DNA of 64,000 nucleotides from Escherichia coli (GTDB lineage Bacteria; Pseudomonadota; Gammaproteobacteria; Enterobacterales; Enterobacteriaceae): NCBI RefSeq assembly GCF_024502345.1, contig NZ_JALDNN010000001.1; one strand, 5' to 3'. Shown piece by piece: positions 60,405 to 64,000 of this stretch (position 1 is its first letter; each line of letters starts with the position of its first letter). The notes under the pieces were generated by a model. It saw only the letters and a program-made list of their open reading frames with translations, ran no database searches and was not told where the DNA came from. The position numbers and the translations under genes were made by a program.

Positions 60405-60704
60405 TTGCATCTTGACTGGAGAAAAGCCATCACATATTGCCGGGAATATGGCGGATTTTCGTTTAGTACGCTCCGACTATTTATAGAAAGAGATAACATT
60501 GACAATGCTGTTTTTTATTCTGTGTTGTTCGGGTTAAAAATACTTTGTTCTGAAGCATTCCCGGGTTTCAGTCTTGAAGATTATGATGATCTGGAGTTCG
60601 TCCCTCGACCGCATCTCGATCGTTGGGGAGTTTATCAGGAAATCGATAATGTTCTTGATCCTCTCGAAAAAAATATGATTTGTAATGGGCTGTGGCTTTG
60701 TTGA
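60405..60704 (+). CDS. hypothetical protein, 3' end truncated or replaced by IS903 insertion (reading frame terminates inside the IS inverted repeat)
   Basis: 99-aa ORF whose last codons (..GLWLC) are encoded by IS903 IR starting at 60694. Confidence 0.3.
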   Translation: MHLDWRKAITYCREYGGFSFSTLRLFIERDNIDNAVFYSVLFGLKILCSEAFPGFSLEDYDDLEFVPRPHLDRWGVYQEIDNVLDPLEKNMICNGLWLC

Positions 60705-61751
60705 ATAAATCGAACTTTTGCTGAGTTGAAGGATCAGATCACGTATCTTCCCGACAACGCAGACCGTTCCGTGGCAAAGCAAAAGTTCAAAATCACCAAC
60801 TGGCCCACCTACAATAAAGCCCTCATCAACCGTGGCTCCATAACTTTCTGGCTGGATGATGAAGCTATTCAGGCCTGGTATGAGTCAGCAACACCTTCTT
60901 CACGAGGCAGACCTCAGCGCTATTCTGACCTTGCCATCACGACTGTGCTTGGTCATTAAACGCGTATTCAGGCTGACCCTGCGCGCTGCGCAGGGCTTTA
61001 TTGATTCCATTTTTTCTCTGATGAACGTTCCGCTACGCTGCCCGGATTACAGCTGTGTCAGCAGGCGGGCAAAGTCGGTTAATGTCAGTTTCAAAACGCC
61101 CACCCGGGGTGAAATCGCACACCTGGTAATTGATTCCACCGGGCTGAAGGTCTTCGGTGAAGGCGAGTGGAAAGTCAAAAAGCATGGCCAGGAACGCCGC
61201 CGTATCTGGCGTAAGCTGCATCTCGCCGTTGACAGTAAAACACATGAAATCATCTGCGCTGACCTGTCGCTGAACAACGTTACGGACTCAGAGGCCTTCC
61301 CCGGGTTAATCCGGCAAACCCACCGGAAAATCAGGTCAGCCGCCGCCGATGGCGCTTACGATACCCGGCTATGTCACGATGAACTGCGGCGTAAGAAAAT
61401 CAGCGCGCTTATCCCTCCCCGAAAAGGTGCGGGTTACTGGCCCGGTGAATATGCAGACCGTAACCGTGCAGTGGCTAATCAGCGAATGACCGGGAGTAAT
61501 GCGCGGTGGAAATGGACAACAGATTACAACCGTCGCTCGATAGCGGAAACGGCGATGTACCGGGTAAAACAGCTGTTCGGGGGTTCACTGACACTGCGTG
61601 ACTACGATGGTCAGGTTGCAGAGGCTATGGCCCTGGTACGAGCGCTGAACAAAATGACGAAAGCAGGTATGCCTGAAAGCGTGCGTATTGCCTGAAAACA
61701 CAACCCGCTACGGGGGAGACTTACCCGAAATCTGATTTATTCAACAAAGCC
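60694..61751 (+). mobile_element. IS903-family insertion sequence copy 3 (1058 bp, carries a 1-bp insertion; no target-site duplication)
   Basis: IRs at 60694..60711 and 61734..61751; flanks atgggctgt / cctgctgga do not match. Confidence 0.85.
60726..61695 (+). pseudogene. IS903-family transposase gene inactivated by a +1 frameshift
   Basis: ORF track splits it into 60726..60959 and 60856..61695; copy 1 reads gactgtgctggtcatt where copy 3 reads gactgtgcttggtcatt (extra T near 60951). Confidence 0.8.
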
Positions 61752-61752
61752 C

Positions 61753-62253
61753 CTGCTGGAACACATTGATCGTATTGAAGATAATATTACTGAATATGAC
61801 CGGATTTTGTCCCGCATGGCAAAAACAGATCACCGCAGCCAGCGATTGATGGAACTGAAAGGGATTGGTCCCACAACGGCCTGTGCGCTGGTCGCCAGTA
61901 TCGGTAATGCACACGATTTTAAAAATGGGCGACAACTGGCAGCCTGGCTGGGACTAACGCCATCGCAGTACAGCAGTGGTGGGAAATCAAAGCTTGGCAG
62001 GATAACTAAAGCTGGCGATTCGTATCTGCGAACGCTACTGGTTCAGAGGGCTCGTTCGGTTCTGATTGGTGCCGAGAAAAGGACTGATTTATTCAGTCGT
62101 TGGGTCTGTTCACTGGTCGATCGCAGAGGATACTGGCGTGCCGTTGTAGCCATCGCCGCCAAAAACGCAAGGCTGTGCTGGCATCATTGCATTACGGTGA
62201 TGATTTCAGGCTGTACTCAGCCAGCTAAAGCACGAAACAAAATAACCATCTGA
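61753..62253 (+). pseudogene. IS110-family (DEDD) recombinase/transposase, C-terminal ~166 codons only; 5' part removed by IS903 copy 3
   Basis: In-frame translation from the IS903 junction: LLEHIDRIEDNITEYDRILSRMAKTDHRSQRLMELKGIGPTTACALVASIGNAHDFKNGRQLAAWLGLTPSQYSSGGK... (IS110-type C-terminal domain). Confidence 0.7.
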
Positions 62254-62784
62254 CCTGCAATTCGTTGATGATAAAGGGTTAGACCCCGTGAGGCCTATCT
62301 GGCTATTGTACAGGATATACGTATCCGCTTAACGAACAAGAACCTCACGCGCGTCTTTCATCAGGGTCCGAATCGATGACGATTCATCATGGCCGTTTAT
62401 AGTACCGCAGTCTCTCCCCTTTATTTTTACTGAAGAGCAGACAGAAACCATAAACACCGGCGTTGACACGCCGGGGAAGCCCTTATAGTACAATAATTTT
62501 CGAAATCCAACCCATCCCGCCTACAGGAATGACGGATTTTTCGGCGGTTCCGGCGTAGACCCACCACAACTGCTGTATAGCTTGTGGGTAAGTGATAATG
62601 AAGTGCAAACGAGATGGCGCAAATACTCTTTTGGTTTATCTTTTAATTACTTACGTATTAAAAGATAAACCAAAAAATAAAAGACATTACTGTTATCCCC
62701 TTTAAAAAGTGGATAACCGAACAGCATCGGCGCGAGCGCCTCAAAAGTAGCTCCCCACGCTAAAGCGCGGGGCATTCAGAACGG

Positions 62785-62829
62785 AATCCCTCGATGGCTA
62801 ACAGCTCGCCTGTTAGCCATCGAGGGATT
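62785..62829. repeat. 20-bp perfect inverted repeat with 5-nt loop (aatccctcgatggctaacag / ctgttagccatcgagggatt) inside an ORF-poor segment
   Basis: Exact reverse-complement arms at 62785..62804 and 62810..62829; not followed by a U-tract on either strand. Confidence 0.7.
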
Positions 62830-63198
62830 GGACAAATCCGGCCACGCCGGATACGTCAGCAAATATCGCTGAAGAATTAGCTTACACGCTCGTAAGCGGC
62901 TCTTACGACCCGCTAACGCGGAGATACGCCCCAACTGCGGCTTCGCCTTGTTGTGACCACTCCGACCGCGCACAAAAGCCTCTGAGCCGCTTTTAGCGGA
63001 ATATGGCTTTGCAAGGTGAAGGGATGGATAGGCGATCCCTTTCGATCCCTCACTGGTATCGGCGGCTAACCCTCGGTGCTACCTGTCATTTCATCCTGCC
63101 GCCTTACATGCGCTAACGCGCATAAATCCCCGTTCCTCAGTGGAACGAAAACTCACGCTAACAGGGTAGTGACCGGGTAGCCACGATAACTGCCAACA

Positions 63199-63251
63199 AA
63201 ATTAGCTTATAGGTTAATTCTACCTTGTCTGAAATTAGCCTATAGGTTAAT
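63199..63251 (+). repeat. two 20-bp direct repeats (aaattagcYtataggttaat) 33 bp apart, overlapping the toxin promoter: candidate operator sites
   Basis: 63199..63218 and 63232..63251 differ at one position. Confidence 0.6.
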
Positions 63252-63253
63252 AT
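63225..63253 (+). promoter_or_regulatory. putative sigma70 promoter of the toxin-antitoxin operon (-35 ttgtct, 17-bp spacer, -10 taatat)
   Basis: Hexamers at 63225..63230 and 63248..63253, about 20 bp upstream of the ggagg RBS. Confidence 0.5.
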
Positions 63254-63273
63254 TAATAGAAATGGGAGGTCAC

Positions 63274-63603
63274 ATGTTTAGCGTTGTTTATCACCCGGAA
63301 GCCAGGGAAGAAGCCACAGCATTACCCGTAAAAATCAGGGTGAAGTTTGACCGTCTCATCGGCAAACTGGAGTATGACGCCCGATTACTGCGGGAGCCGG
63401 ACACGAAGCCCCTGGGCGATGGACTTTTTGAGATCCGCACGATGGGGACGGACATAGCCAGGGGAATCTGGGTATACCACAAAGGCAATACCATCATCAT
63501 GCTCCGTGTTTTCATCAAGAAGTCACAGAAAACGCCAGCGAAAGAAATCGATCTCGCCAAAAAGCGGTTAGCGGAGGTACTTAATGAAACTGGTAAGCCA
63601 TAA
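63274..63603 (+). CDS. type II toxin, RelE/ParE-superfamily HigB-like (Gp49-type) mRNA interferase
   Basis: ORF 63262..63603; ATG 63274 four nt after ggagg gives 109-aa MFSVVYHPEAREEATALPVKIRVKFDRLIGKLEYDARLLREPDTKPLGDGLFEIRTMG...; toxin-first order with overlapping HTH partner. Confidence 0.7.
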   Translation: MFSVVYHPEAREEATALPVKIRVKFDRLIGKLEYDARLLREPDTKPLGDGLFEIRTMGTDIARGIWVYHKGNTIIMLRVFIKKSQKTPAKEIDLAKKRLAEVLNETGKP

Positions 63604-63865
63604 AGAACTGCATAACGAGTGGATGCAGGACGATGAATATCGCGCTGCATGGCAGGAAGAAGAACGTAAGGAAAAGCTCAGGGAGCTGCTTGCTGAATGG
63701 CGCAAGCATGACAACCTGACAAAAGCGCAGGTTGCTGAACGCATGGGGGTTACACCTCCGGTTATTTCTCGCCTGGAAAACAACATCACCAAAGCCAGCA
63801 TCGACACACTGACCCGCTACGCTCACGCCTGCGGCATCAAGAAACCTGTCATTGCCCTGTACTGA
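63584..63865 (+). CDS. HTH XRE-family antitoxin (HigA-like)
   Basis: 93-aa ORF overlapping toxin 3' end by 20 nt; C-terminal HTH ...LTKAQVAERMGVTPPVISRLENN... Confidence 0.7.
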   Translation: MKLVSHKELHNEWMQDDEYRAAWQEEERKEKLRELLAEWRKHDNLTKAQVAERMGVTPPVISRLENNITKASIDTLTRYAHACGIKKPVIALY

Positions 63866-63868
63866 ATA

Positions 63869-63898
63869 GCCAGCCCTCCGGGGCTGGCCTTTTTGTTT
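63869..63898 (+). terminator. intrinsic terminator after the antitoxin gene (gccagccc-tccg-gggctggc + ctttttgttt)
   Basis: 8-bp GC-rich stem, tetraloop, T-run, 3 nt after the stop codon. Confidence 0.8.
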
Positions 63899-64000
63899 CG
63901 GTCAGTCCCAAAATTTTGTTAAAGCAAGTTTAAAATGTCACCTGTTTCTCCAAAGTTGAAATGTCACTTCTAAGCCAATCTATTTATACATAATCTTTAC

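Noticed and set aside
62776-62973. 65-aa highly basic minus-strand ORF
   Set aside because: Low-complexity Arg/Lys-rich frame overlapping the 20-bp hairpin, no RBS; more likely non-coding structured DNA/RNA.
63001-63080. Possible tRNA-like T-arm (ggcgatccctttcgatccctcac)
   Set aside because: Could not fold a full cloverleaf with acceptor stem and anticodon arm by eye; no CCA context; not reported as tRNA.

Overview
This window reads as Escherichia coli chromosome, collinear with the K-12 ynfF-to-hipA interval (about 1.59-1.66 Mb) but in reverse orientation and with non-K-12 accessory content. All gene names and K-12 comparisons are from memory of protein sequences and gene order; no database search was run. 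Core genes in order: ynfF (partial), ynfE, ynfD, ynfC, speG, ynfB, ynfA, rspA, rspB, ydfJ, ydfI, ydfZ, rspR, ydfG, dcp, ydeJ, ydeI, dgcZ, mgrR/mgtS, ydeE, eamA, then marBAR/marC, sotB, yneK, yneJ, sad, glsB, yneG, dgcF, uxaB, yneE, tam, lsrGFBDCA/lsrRK, and hipBA. Differences from K-12: (1) a ~6.3 kb beta-glucoside-type PTS island between eamA and marB; (2) rspB and an intact ydfJ are adjacent, so the Qin prophage is absent; (3) ynfE has an in-frame amber codon; (4) two inverted IS903-family copies between lsrK and hipB carry swapped 9-bp target duplications, recording an inversion that split an AIDA-like autotransporter gene; (5) downstream of hipA lies a mosaic of a tyrosine recombinase, small ORFs, a frameshifted third IS903 copy, a truncated IS110-family recombinase, an ORF-poor structured segment and a HigB/HigA-like toxin-antitoxin pair. 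The 31-codon mgtS gene, absent from the ORF track, was found by eye with a candidate MgrR sRNA beside it. No rRNA, tRNA or CRISPR array was recognised. The best candidates for something undescribed are the recombinase module (58.7-60.7 kb) and the structured non-coding segment (62.3-63.2 kb); both remain unassigned.
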